DNA of 64,000 bases from Deltaproteobacteria bacterium (GCA_016182655.1 JACPGB010000024.1:30549-94548), one strand, 5' to 3'. Counted from the first letter of the stretch, positions 37,811 through 46,624 are shown. The notes: generated by a model from the sequence alone, not told the origin. Numbers and translations are program-made.

Positions 37811-37853
37811 AAAAAAAAGGAAGGAAGCCCGTCCTCCCAAAGGGAGGGCGGGC
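37811..37853 (-). terminator. Intrinsic terminator downstream of the porin gene
   Basis: GCCCGCCCTCCC-ttt-GGGAGGACGGGC-TTCCTTCCTTTTTTTT. Confidence 0.7.
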
Positions 37854-37901
37854 GGGCAATGAACCACCACGATAGCTTATGCTATTGAAATATCTCTCTA
37901 A

Positions 37902-38060
37902 ACCTCCCCTCCCTCGACGGGAGGGGACAGAGGGGAGGGTGAAATCTCTGCTGGGCACAGGGCCAAAGCTCTAATGCGGGCTTTGGGATAAATCGATTTA
38001 TAGGCGTTCGATACCGAATTGCCCGCCCGGCACGCTTCACCCCCACCCTGCCTCCCCCAG
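37902..38060. repeat. REP doublet with ~85-nt conserved cargo (REPIN-like)
   Basis: Colinear with 61219-61393. Confidence 0.85.
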
Positions 38061-38078
38061 GAGTTTTAGCTGCAGGCC

Positions 38079-39332
38079 TTAAAAGTACGCCTGTAGCCGG
38101 AGTCCGTACACAAAGAACGAATCCGCGTTCTCATCCCCGCCGGGGTTCATCACATACTGCAGGTCGGGGGTTATGTGGAACCCCGCCTCGTCGTCGGCGT
38201 GGGCAAGCGCCATATTATAGTAAAGCTCGGCGTAGTGCTCGACGCCGGAAGAAAAATCCGGGTCCTGGGAGACGAGGAAGTCCTCGTAGTCCTGGCCCAT
38301 GAGTGTAGCGCCGTAGCCGAATCCGGCCCTGTCGTTCTCCCTCCCGAAGGCGTCGCCGTTTACGTGGACGCCCGCGCCGAAGAACTTGTCGAACTGCGCG
38401 ACCTTCTCGTCCTGTATCCCTGCCCTGAACCAGACTCCGAAATTGTCGGTAAGGTACTGGTCGATGGAGACGCCGAACCCGGAGTTAGTCTCGTCCAGCA
38501 GTGCGGCGTCGTTCGGGTCCGCTGTCGTGCTGATGTCGTCTCTGCCCTGCCGCGTCCAGTAATAGAGCCTGTAGTGGCCGTCCCTGTCCATGAGTCTCAG
38601 GTTCAGGTTCGCCTCGGCCAGGAGGAAGGGCTTGTCGAAGGCGTCGGTATAGTCGCCGTTGCCTTCGAACGCGCCGATCGAGACATCGAAAGTCTCCGAG
38701 GGCGCTATGGTCGCCCGGATGCCGGGGCTGTAGAAATTCTCCGTGCCTCCCCACTCTATCGCGGGGTTGTTTACGAAGATGTTCGCGAGGAACTGCGCGC
38801 GCTCGTTATTGGCGAAGTCGTTGGCGTCGAAGTACCCGGTCGGGTCGAGCTGGCCGATGGAGACCGTGAGCGTCTCGTAGACATGCTCGTAGTACGCCTG
38901 CGTCAGATTTACATCGCTATCAAAGCCCTCAAGGTCTCCGTTCGCGCCGGTCGGGTTGCCGTTGGGGCTTGCGAAGAGCGCGGGCAACCCCTGCACCCCT
39001 CCTCCCTTGGCCGCATCGAACACGAGGACCGCCGTGCCGTTGTCTCCCACCGGGGATTCGAAGACGAGATCCGCCGAGAGCGAGAGGTCGCCCTTGGCCC
39101 CGTCGGCAGACGAGCCCTGCCCGATGAGAGTCACCCCTCCGCTCACCTTGAGGCCGTAAAGACTGTGTATCGGGTGGAGCTTGTGCCCGAGCTCTCCGGC
39201 AGGCTCGGTCGTCATAACCTTGTTCTCGATCTCCTGGACGCGCCTTTTCAAGTCCTCGACATCGTCCTGGGCTATCGCCGGAGACGCTACAAAGAGCGCC
39301 CCCGCAAGAAGCATCAACACATTCCTGACCAT
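38079..39332 (-). CDS. OprB-like (carbohydrate-porin family) outer-membrane porin
   Basis: Signal peptide, short coiled coil, FDANDFANNERAQF, ELYY, ITPDLQYV.NP, C-terminal F. Confidence 0.8.
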   Translation of the reverse strand: MVRNVLMLLAGALFVASPAIAQDDVEDLKRRVQEIENKVMTTEPAGELGHKLHPIHSLYGLKVSGGVTLIGQGSSADGAKGDLSLSADLVFESPVGDNGTAVLVFDAAKGGGVQGLPALFASPNGNPTGANGDLEGFDSDVNLTQAYYEHVYETLTVSIGQLDPTGYFDANDFANNERAQFLANIFVNNPAIEWGGTENFYSPGIRATIAPSETFDVSIGAFEGNGDYTDAFDKPFLLAEANLNLRLMDRDGHYRLYYWTRQGRDDISTTADPNDAALLDETNSGFGVSIDQYLTDNFGVWFRAGIQDEKVAQFDKFFGAGVHVNGDAFGRENDRAGFGYGATLMGQDYEDFLVSQDPDFSSGVEHYAELYYNMALAHADDEAGFHITPDLQYVMNPGGDENADSFFVYGLRLQAYF

Positions 39333-39364
39333 CTCGTAAAGCCTCCTGTATGGTTTATGATGCC

Positions 39365-40177
39365 TTATTCGTGTTCGTCATGCGTTCCGAACGGACCGTG
39401 GCTGTGCATATGTATTATGTCGCCGTGCCTGTGCGTGTGCTCGTGTATTATGTTCGCCTTCAAAAGCAGGTCCTTGTCCCTGAGTATCTTGTCCGCCGGG
39501 CCGTCGGCAACGACCCCGTGGTCCTCGCCTATGACGATGACCCGGTCGCACAGATCGCCCACGAGGCTCAAGTCGTGGGTGGCCATGATTATCGTCTTTT
39601 TGAGGTCCTTAAGCCCCTGAAGCAATTCGAAGAGCCAGACCTGCGTCCTGGGGTCAAGCCCGTTCGTCGGCTCATCAAGCAGGAGCACATCCGGGTTCGT
39701 CGCCAAAACAGAGGCTATCGCGACCTTTTTCTTCTCGCCGCTCGACAAGGTATACGGGGGCCTGTCTTTCAAAGCCGCTATCCCGAGCATCTCGAGGAGC
39801 GTAGCCACCCTCCTCTCTACCTCGTCTTCGGAAAGTTGGATCTGGAGCGGCCCGAATGCGACCTCGTCGAAAACCGTAGGCGAAAATAACTGAACATCGG
39901 GCTCCGGGAAGACGAAGCCTGTCCGTTCCCTGAAGCACCTCTGGAACGGGCCCTTGAGCGTCTCTTCGCTCACTGCCTCCCCGGAAAACCTCATCTCGCC
40001 GGAGGTCGGGAAGACGAGCCCGTTCATTATCTTCAGGAGCGTGGATTTCCCCGACCCGTTCGCGCCCAGAATGCCGAGACTCTCGCCCTGCACTGCCGTG
40101 AAGCTTATGCCCTTTAGCGCATGGCCCTCCCCATAGGAGTAGCCTATTTCAGAGAGCCTGAATACCTCTTGTCCCAT
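39365..40177 (-). CDS. cbiO: ECF cobalt/nickel transporter ATPase
   Basis: GANGSGKST, LSSGEKKKV, LLLDEPT; His-rich tail. Confidence 0.9.
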   Translation of the reverse strand: MGQEVFRLSEIGYSYGEGHALKGISFTAVQGESLGILGANGSGKSTLLKIMNGLVFPTSGEMRFSGEAVSEETLKGPFQRCFRERTGFVFPEPDVQLFSPTVFDEVAFGPLQIQLSEDEVERRVATLLEMLGIAALKDRPPYTLSSGEKKKVAIASVLATNPDVLLLDEPTNGLDPRTQVWLFELLQGLKDLKKTIIMATHDLSLVGDLCDRVIVIGEDHGVVADGPADKILRDKDLLLKANIIHEHTHRHGDIIHMHSHGPFGTHDEHE

Positions 40178-40191
40178 CGATATCGTCGCTC

Positions 40192-41076
40192 CTAAATGCC
40201 GAAGGAGAGGAAGAGAAAAAAGAGGGTCAGGAAGAGCCAGAGATAATCAGCGCCCTCCATCCCGGGGGACTTAAGCGTCCGCAGACGCCCGTCGAAGCCC
40301 CTCGATATCATCGCCATGTTGACCTCTTCGGCGTAACTCATCGATTTCTTTAGTATCAAAGCCATCCTTGAGCCCGTCCACCTCTGTGCCTCGGACACCC
40401 TGCCCGTTGCTATGGTCCTCGACTTCCTCGCAAGCACCGCGTCCTCGGCAATCTTCAGAAGCACGAAGATGTACCTGAATGTCATGTAAAGCGCGGTGAC
40501 GAAGAGGTGCGGGACCTTAAGTCCCTTAAGCCCCTTGAAAAAATCGGCCTGCCGGGTGGTAAGCAAGAGGAGCGCGGAGAGAGAGACCATCACGCCGACC
40601 CTCAATAAAAGGAAGAGGCCTACCTCCGCGCCCTCTCTCGTGACCGAAATACCGTAGCCGTTGACAGACACCCCGAATATCGAAGAGCCCGGCGTCATGA
40701 AGTCGAAAAAGACCGGGACAGCTATGACGGAAGTGAAAAAAAGCGAAGGCGCGACCCTTTTGGCAAGCGATGCCGCGCTCACTTTCGAAAGTATCATCGC
40801 GACGGCTATAATGACGAGCGCGCCTATGAGCATAAAGGAACTGCCCGTCAACGAGCATGCGATGATGAGGAAGAGAAAACCCGCTATTCTCGCACTGGGG
40901 GTCAAGGACTGCAGCGCCCCGGGCCGCTCTGCCGCGCCGGAGGAAAGTGTGGCGCGCATGAAGGCAGAGATGTTCCAGAGAGTCTTGTCCAGGAACCCTT
41001 GCGAGCCGCCTTTTCCGGCCGGACACGGCTCTCCGCGCGATTCCTTAAGCCAGTCCGGGAGCCTTACTTCCGCCAT
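40192..41076 (-). CDS. cbiQ: ECF transporter T component
   Basis: Start MAEVRLPDW; TFRYIFVL, ARKSR, AMISRGFDG. Confidence 0.88.
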   Translation of the reverse strand: MAEVRLPDWLKESRGEPCPAGKGGSQGFLDKTLWNISAFMRATLSSGAAERPGALQSLTPSARIAGFLFLIIACSLTGSSFMLIGALVIIAVAMILSKVSAASLAKRVAPSLFFTSVIAVPVFFDFMTPGSSIFGVSVNGYGISVTREGAEVGLFLLLRVGVMVSLSALLLLTTRQADFFKGLKGLKVPHLFVTALYMTFRYIFVLLKIAEDAVLARKSRTIATGRVSEAQRWTGSRMALILKKSMSYAEEVNMAMISRGFDGRLRTLKSPGMEGADYLWLFLTLFFLFLSFGI

Positions 41077-42038
41077 CTTTTCCCCCAGAGCCAGATCGCG
41101 AGCACCGCCGCAAGACTTCCGACTGCGGCAGATACTATGTATACAAATGAAGAGCCTATCCTGCCCCCAGCCGACGGATGTCCGTAGTCCGGGAGCACGC
41201 CCTTCCACGCGCCATCGTACCTATCCATGCCCGAGGGCACATAGCCTATCATCTCGAGTATCTCGCTTTTTCCCCACTCTCCCCACGGCGTACCTACGGC
41301 GAGGAGACCCAAAGGCGTCAATACGGCGAGTACGACGAGCGCGGTCCAAAGCGGCCTTGCGCTTTTACCTGCCCTTGCGAGTTCCCCTCCCATCGTCTTC
41401 TCCATGTAGGAGACGACGAGCGCGGTGCCTATCGCCTCGACCGGCCCTAGGAAGAGCGCGTGCGGGACCATCATGGCCGGTATGGAGATGTATAACGGGT
41501 ACGGCGCGTATAGGGGTCTCCCGTCCGCGCCGGCCGCGATTGAAGGCTGTATCCCGAGCTCGATGCCTACGGCGAGCGCCGCGAGGTTCACGGCGGCATA
41601 TCCGGCTATTGCCGCGGCCGCCGTCTTTCTCGCGCGGCCCGGGGAGCCGAAAGAGGCCGCCCTGTACGACCAATACCCGGCGAAGCTCATGACAAAGGCC
41701 ATGTTGAAGCTGTTCGCGCCTATGGCGAGCACCCCGCCGTCTCCGAATAGAAAAGCCTGCAGGATAAGCGCGAGGCTCAAGGCTATCACACCCGCCCACG
41801 GGCCGAGAGCGATGGCAACGACGACACTCCCGACCATGTGTCCGGATGAGCCTCCGGGGATCGGGATGTTGAACATCATTATTACGAATGTAAAGGCCGC
41901 GCCGAGCGCGAGCAAGGGGAGGTTCTTGAGTTTGAGCTCTGATTCGACCCGCTTTGATGCGAAGTACCAGACCGGCAGCATCCCCGCGAAAAAAACGGCG
42001 CAGGTCTTGGGGCTCAGGTATCCGTCCGGTATATGCAC
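41064..42038 (-). CDS. cbiM: ECF S component CbiM fused to a C-terminal auxiliary (PDGLE/NikN-like) region
   Basis: MHIPDGYLS N-terminus, GSSGH, FGDGG; C-terminal WGEW..LPDY. Confidence 0.92.
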   Translation of the reverse strand: MHIPDGYLSPKTCAVFFAGMLPVWYFASKRVESELKLKNLPLLALGAAFTFVIMMFNIPIPGGSSGHMVGSVVVAIALGPWAGVIALSLALILQAFLFGDGGVLAIGANSFNMAFVMSFAGYWSYRAASFGSPGRARKTAAAAIAGYAAVNLAALAVGIELGIQPSIAAGADGRPLYAPYPLYISIPAMMVPHALFLGPVEAIGTALVVSYMEKTMGGELARAGKSARPLWTALVVLAVLTPLGLLAVGTPWGEWGKSEILEMIGYVPSGMDRYDGAWKGVLPDYGHPSAGGRIGSSFVYIVSAAVGSLAAVLAIWLWGKRWRK

Positions 42039-42055
42039 TTAAGTACCTTGATTTA

Positions 42056-43084
42056 CTACTCGAACGCCAGCCGGGCGGCCTCGATCAAAAGCGCGTTCAC
42101 TATGGCCACAGCCACGGTAGACCCGCCCTTCCTGCCTGAAGACGCGATAAACGGCACTGAGCTCTTCATGAGCTCGGCCTTCGCCTCCTCCGCGCCCACG
42201 AACCCCACGGGCACGCCTATTACGAGGGCTGGTCTCGCCTCGCCCTTTTTTATTAAGGACAATAACTCGTTCAACGCCGTCGGCGCATTCCCTATCGCAA
42301 CGACGCCGCCTTCCATCGAAGGGGCCGCCTTCCTCATCGAGGCCGCGGTCTTGGTCATGCCTTCGGCCTTTGCGAGCCTCTCGACATCCTTGTCGGACGA
42401 AAAACATAAGACGCGGGAGCCGGAGAGCAACCTGTACTTCATAATCCCGGCCTCGACCATCCGGACATCGGTCACGATCGCTCTTCCGGCCCTTAAGGCC
42501 GCGCAACCGGCCTCTATCGCGCCGGGGCTGAACCTGAGGACCTCCCTGTACTCGAAGTCGGCGGTCGTGTGTATGACCCTCTTCAATACCGGGAGCTCTG
42601 TAGCGAGGTGCGTTGTAGCGCCGAGCTCCTTTTCGATGATGTTGAAGCTCTCCCTTTCTATCGGGTGCTGCCCCTCGTCCTTGCCCGCCGCTCCGACCGA
42701 CTCCTCGATACGCTCGATAGTGATGTCGACGAGCCTTTTATCGAACCCGATGTTCCGGGTAAGCATGATATCGAGACCCTTATGGCGGCCCTTCGCCTCC
42801 TCCAGTTCGTTCGGCAGGTCCTTCGTCACATGGAGCCCCATATATAGGAAGTACGGCATGACGGCTATGTCCGTATAGCCCCTGGACACAAGCTCGTCGA
42901 CCCCCTCCTGGAAGTCCGGCCTTTCGAGCTGAAGAAAGGCCGGAAGCACGGCCTCATACCCTCCGATTGATTCGACCTCGCGGGCCACCTCGCGGAGAGT
43001 CTCGTTAGCTTCCTTTGCCTTGGATCCGTGGCCGAGGAGGAGCACCGCCCTCCTTTTGCCGTTGCATTTTTCCACGCCCATCAT
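42056..43084 (-). CDS. CbiX chelatase - CbiC/CobH precorrin-8X methylmutase fusion
   Basis: SD AAGGAGG; LLGHGS..PYFLY.G.HV..DLP, then IERESF..RVIHTTAD..IGNAPTAL..PVGFV..GRKGGS. Confidence 0.9.
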   Translation of the reverse strand: MMGVEKCNGKRRAVLLLGHGSKAKEANETLREVAREVESIGGYEAVLPAFLQLERPDFQEGVDELVSRGYTDIAVMPYFLYMGLHVTKDLPNELEEAKGRHKGLDIMLTRNIGFDKRLVDITIERIEESVGAAGKDEGQHPIERESFNIIEKELGATTHLATELPVLKRVIHTTADFEYREVLRFSPGAIEAGCAALRAGRAIVTDVRMVEAGIMKYRLLSGSRVLCFSSDKDVERLAKAEGMTKTAASMRKAAPSMEGGVVAIGNAPTALNELLSLIKKGEARPALVIGVPVGFVGAEEAKAELMKSSVPFIASSGRKGGSTVAVAIVNALLIEAARLAFE

Positions 43085-43103
43085 CAAACCCTCCTTACGC
43101 TCA

Positions 43104-43138
43104 AAATAAAAAACCCCCGCTTCAAAAAGAAGGGGGGT
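43104..43138 (-). terminator. Leader terminator (riboswitch expression platform)
   Basis: ACCCCCCTTC-ttttt-GAAGCGGGGGT-TTTTTATTTT. Confidence 0.75.
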
Positions 43139-43201
43139 CGGATGCGGATAAAACCTCTCCAATACCCTCACCCTCTTTACCTTCGAAGGATCCGTGAGGC
43201 A

Positions 43202-43404
43202 TTATCAAGGCAGGTCTCCTGACTTACGGGTCATCCTAATCTCCGCAACCTTCCCGGCAATCAGCCAGTGGCTCAACATGCGGATTTCGTATCCGTTTAC
43301 AGTGGCGGGTCCGTTCCCGATTCTCCGGTGGCAGTCGCGGTTCTTCGTGATTGCCACACAGACCACGGGATTCCCTTTTCAAGCCCTTTTGGGGCGCCCT
43401 GATA
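43202..43404 (-). promoter_or_regulatory. Cobalamin (AdoCbl) riboswitch
   Basis: AAAAGGGAA..CCCGCCACTGT..GCCACTG..GGGAAGG..B12 box AAGTCAGGAGACCTGCC upstream of the cbi operon. Confidence 0.95.
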
Positions 43405-43453
43405 TGTGCGTGGTAATCATTACATTTCTAAAAAGCGCGTGTCAAGCAAATAC

Positions 43454-43540
43454 CGGTCCTCGCCGGACGGGCAAAGTTCATATCGAGATGGCCTGATTAC
43501 TCTTTGCTCGTAGCTTCCGAAAAAACCCGCCAACGCCACC
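43454..43540 (+). repeat. Fragment of the 60.6-61.2 kb palindrome arm
   Basis: CGGTCCTCGCCGGACGGGCAAA matches 61028-61049 at 21/22; CCGAAAAAA..CCCG follows in both. Confidence 0.7.
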
Positions 43541-43547
43541 CGGATCG

Positions 43548-44453
43548 TTACCGGCCGTTAGTCGCCCTCGGCCCCTTTTCTATCTCAAGGAGGACCTTGC
43601 CTTTCCTGAATATGCGGACTATGCCGGTCGAGCCCGAGATGGTGACGGCGGCGGCGTCGGTCACATCCGTTATTCCGGCCGCGGCCATGTGCCTGCACCC
43701 GAGCCCCGGCATGTGGCCTTCCTCTTCGAGCGCGGCGTCCAGATGCACGCCCGCGCTTACGACTATCCCGTCCTCGCGGATGACGAATGCGCCGTCCAGG
43801 AGCGCGAACTCCTTTATAGTCTCGTGGACGGCGTCGTCGAGCAAGTTCCTCGACTCCTCCGGGTAGCCCTTGAACGGGTTCATGATAAGCGGGCGGGAGA
43901 GCTTTGAGACTTTTTCGTGGTCCCCGATCACGAACGTCGTGCCGATGGCGTGGCCTTCGCGCCCCTCGCTCGACAATTCGAGCGCAATCCCCAGGACCGT
44001 CTCTATCACCTCGGGCTTTATCTTCGCGAGCAGGTCTTTCGAGATGCCTGTCGTGCTGAATATCTCCGTCTCTTTTTCGAGGTCGAGGCACATGAGGGTG
44101 TCGAGCGCGCCCTTTGAGGAGAGGCCGGTAAGGCATACTACCTTGTCGGATGACGTTATAACGCCTTCCGTTATGCACATGATGGTCGATAACTTTATCT
44201 GGCCGATGCGCGCGAGCCTGACCTCCGGGAGCTTTACGATTGCCTTAAGCTCCGCCCTGTAGCGTTCGAGCTCTTCAAGGGTATCCGCCTTTTGCGTCAG
44301 TATGACGAGGTCTTTTTTCGACGCGGACTCCTTCCAGAACCTCCAGTCCTCGGTCGAGTCCATGAAGATGAGGACAACGGAGGCGCCCGTCTCCTTCTTT
44401 AAAGAGAGGGCGGTCTCCAGCATCATCCGGTTAAGGTCTGTTATGCTATCCAC
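43548..44453 (-). CDS. Diadenylate cyclase, DacZ-like (PK_C-like N-domain + DisA_N)
   Basis: EGREG..IGT.FV.GD, KEFALLDGAF, GLGCRHMAAA. Confidence 0.85.
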   Translation of the reverse strand: MDSITDLNRMMLETALSLKKETGASVVLIFMDSTEDWRFWKESASKKDLVILTQKADTLEELERYRAELKAIVKLPEVRLARIGQIKLSTIMCITEGVITSSDKVVCLTGLSSKGALDTLMCLDLEKETEIFSTTGISKDLLAKIKPEVIETVLGIALELSSEGREGHAIGTTFVIGDHEKVSKLSRPLIMNPFKGYPEESRNLLDDAVHETIKEFALLDGAFVIREDGIVVSAGVHLDAALEEEGHMPGLGCRHMAAAGITDVTDAAAVTISGSTGIVRIFRKGKVLLEIEKGPRATNGR

Positions 44454-45228
44454 CCCTGGCCTTCCTTTTTAGAGGCGACACCCTCGCGTCGACCTGCGTG
44501 AGTATGCCCCGGAGCATGTTTATTTCCTTTTGCATGAGCCCGGTCCTGCCGAAGAGACGGCGAAAGCTCCGGAGGATGGATTCGAGTATATGCTCCGCCC
44601 CCCCGTCCCCGTATTCGAGCGCCCGAAGCGTCTTCTCCATGTGTACGTACATCTTCTCCAATTCAGCGCGCGGGGCGACCTTCACCGCCTCTGCCTTCGG
44701 GTTCCCTGCCGTGAAGACCTGCCAGCAGAAGATAAGGACCGCCGAGGACAGGTTCAACGAAGGGTAGTCCTCGTGCGTCGGTATCTCGACGAGTATGTCG
44801 GCAAGCTTTACCTCGTCGTTGTGAAGCCCCCGGTCCTCCCTGCCGAAGAGGACCGCGACATTGTTGCCGGCGGAAAGCTCCAGTATCTTTTCCGTCGCCT
44901 CCTGGATGGTGAGTATCGGGTATCTCGTCCTCCCCATCCTCCGGGTAGTGGCTACGATGACGCCGGGCTCTGCCGCGTAATCATCGAGCGTCTTGAATAC
45001 CCGCGCGCCCTTCAATATGTCGAAAGCGTTGCACGCCATCGACAGCGCCGCATCAGCCGAGTGGTCGCACGGGTTTATGAGGACGAGGTCGGAAAAACCC
45101 GTGTTCTTCATGGCGCGGGCGACTGAGCCTACGTTGCCCGGGCTCTGCGGCTCGACGAGGACTATCGATATATTATTGGAGGCGGAAGAGCCCTCCTTCT
45201 GTTTTTTATCTTTTGTTTTTCGACGCAT
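44446..45228 (-). CDS. TrmJ/LasT SPOUT RNA methyltransferase
   Basis: PGNVGSVARAMKNTG, LFGREDRGL, YPSLNLS. Confidence 0.9.
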   Translation of the reverse strand: MRRKTKDKKQKEGSSASNNISIVLVEPQSPGNVGSVARAMKNTGFSDLVLINPCDHSADAALSMACNAFDILKGARVFKTLDDYAAEPGVIVATTRRMGRTRYPILTIQEATEKILELSAGNNVAVLFGREDRGLHNDEVKLADILVEIPTHEDYPSLNLSSAVLIFCWQVFTAGNPKAEAVKVAPRAELEKMYVHMEKTLRALEYGDGGAEHILESILRSFRRLFGRTGLMQKEINMLRGILTQVDARVSPLKRKARGG

Positions 45229-45320
45229 CTTCGGAAGTGTGCGGTAAAGGATAATGCCAGTATAGCAAAATTGCGCGGTTCTTGGAATAGGGGGATAATG
45301 AGGTACGGGGAAGGTTAAGG

Positions 45321-46364
45321 CTAAACCGCGAGGTCGACCTGCTGTATTGTGCCGGGGGCGCCGTTTTCGGCAAGATAGACGCCGGACCTCCTGACCTGGC
45401 CGAGGTCTGTGTTGTCGGCGCTCTTTAAATCAAAGCTTGTCGCGGCATAGCCGAGGTATATCGCGCCCACACCCTGCTCTTTAAGTGGCTTAAGCGCGTC
45501 CTTTGTCCATACAAAAAGGTCGTTAAAGACCGCGTCGTTCTCGTCTATCCACGAATTCTTGTCGGTGTCATAGGCCGAGAGCTCCTTGAACCCGTTCCCG
45601 GAGGACGGCCCGAAGAGCTCGCTTCCGTTATTCACTCTTCCGTCGCCGTTCTTGTCTATCGCCAGGAATCCGGAGCCCGGCGCGGCAAAGGAGATATTCT
45701 CCTCGCCCCCGTCGGAATCGAGGTCGAACGCGAACTTCATCGACGTAAGCTCAGCCGCTCTCCCGCCGAAATTGATGACGAGCGGGTCGACGCGCCTGGC
45801 GTCGCCTGCGCGCAAGTTTACGGTCTCTTCGGTGATGGAGGCCCTCTGCATGGTGAGTTCGAGCGAGAAACTTAATTCCTGCCCGTCGGCGGTCCTTATG
45901 ACGCCTTCGGCGCTGAAAGAGGTCTCTTCTATTTCGGCGTGAATGGCGCGAGAGTCGTACTCGAGCCCCCAACCATCGCGTCCGTCTGTAGCGTCAGCAA
46001 GCGCCTCCCCGGTCTTTTTTATATCAGCCGAAGGCTCCTTATCGACAGTCATCACCTTTATCTTCCTGCCTGACAAGGCCTCGATGAGGAGCTTCCTTAT
46101 GAAGGTGTCGTGGTCTACCCCGCCGTCTATCTCTATCTCTATCTCTTTTGCTCCCAGATACCGCTTACCCTGCCCTTTTATCGAGGCGAGGCGCGCCCTC
46201 GCCTCATCCGACAGCACGACCCTGTCTCCGGGCCTTGCGCCCGGCACGGCGTCAGGCGCCGGCCTCTCGTCCCCGACCCAGGCATTGAGCTTCTCGCTTT
46301 TCGCATCGCGCTCCACAAATGAGCGCGCCTCGGAAAAGAGTATGTTCGAGTCCGCTATGCGCAT
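45321..46364 (-). CDS. Hypothetical protein with C-terminal Ca-binding, FrpC self-processing-module-like domain
   Basis: Start MRIADSN downstream of a sigma28 promoter; VDPLVINF..FDLDSDG..GFLAIDKNGDGRVNNGSELFG..GF.EL..YDTDKNSWIDENDAVF.DL.VW. Confidence 0.75.
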   Translation of the reverse strand: MRIADSNILFSEARSFVERDAKSEKLNAWVGDERPAPDAVPGARPGDRVVLSDEARARLASIKGQGKRYLGAKEIEIEIDGGVDHDTFIRKLLIEALSGRKIKVMTVDKEPSADIKKTGEALADATDGRDGWGLEYDSRAIHAEIEETSFSAEGVIRTADGQELSFSLELTMQRASITEETVNLRAGDARRVDPLVINFGGRAAELTSMKFAFDLDSDGGEENISFAAPGSGFLAIDKNGDGRVNNGSELFGPSSGNGFKELSAYDTDKNSWIDENDAVFNDLFVWTKDALKPLKEQGVGAIYLGYAATSFDLKSADNTDLGQVRRSGVYLAENGAPGTIQQVDLAV

Positions 46365-46383
46365 AAGAATATCCTTATTAGTC

Positions 46384-46410
46384 ATATCGGCCGGCGGCTT
46401 GAAGACTTTA
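46384..46410 (-). promoter_or_regulatory. sigma28 (FliA) promoter
   Basis: TAAA-15 nt-GCCGATAT versus consensus TAAA-N15-GCCGATAA. Confidence 0.85.
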
Positions 46411-46541
46411 GGGGAATTCGGGCGCGAGGAAGGGATTTACAACTTCGTCAGGCCCATTTCAGGAATCGGACAAAGGGGAGAGGGGACTAAATATATTAAC
46501 CCCTCCCCCCTATCAAGAAGAAGTCGGGGGTTTAAAAAAAG

Positions 46542-46624
46542 TACGACCTCCCCTCGCCCCTCCTTGGTAAGGAGGGGAACCTTTATCCTCCTCCCCTTTT
46601 TACAAGGGGAGGTCGGGTGGGGTG
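46542..46624. repeat. CCCCTCC-type REP doublet (further partial units at ~46475-46530 and ~46683-46712)
   Basis: Nearly the same as 18166-18267. Confidence 0.85.

Noticed and set aside
37969-37985. Variable segment resembling its own flanks (CTCTAA left, TGCAGGCCTT right), as a target guide
   Set aside because: Short imperfect match, not reproduced by the second copy at 61281; insufficient on its own
37950-38030. c-di-GMP-I (GEMM) riboswitch suggested by GCACAGGGC.AAA
   Set aside because: Lacks the GAAA tetraloop and GGGACGCAAAG core; the segment is REP cargo repeated at 61260
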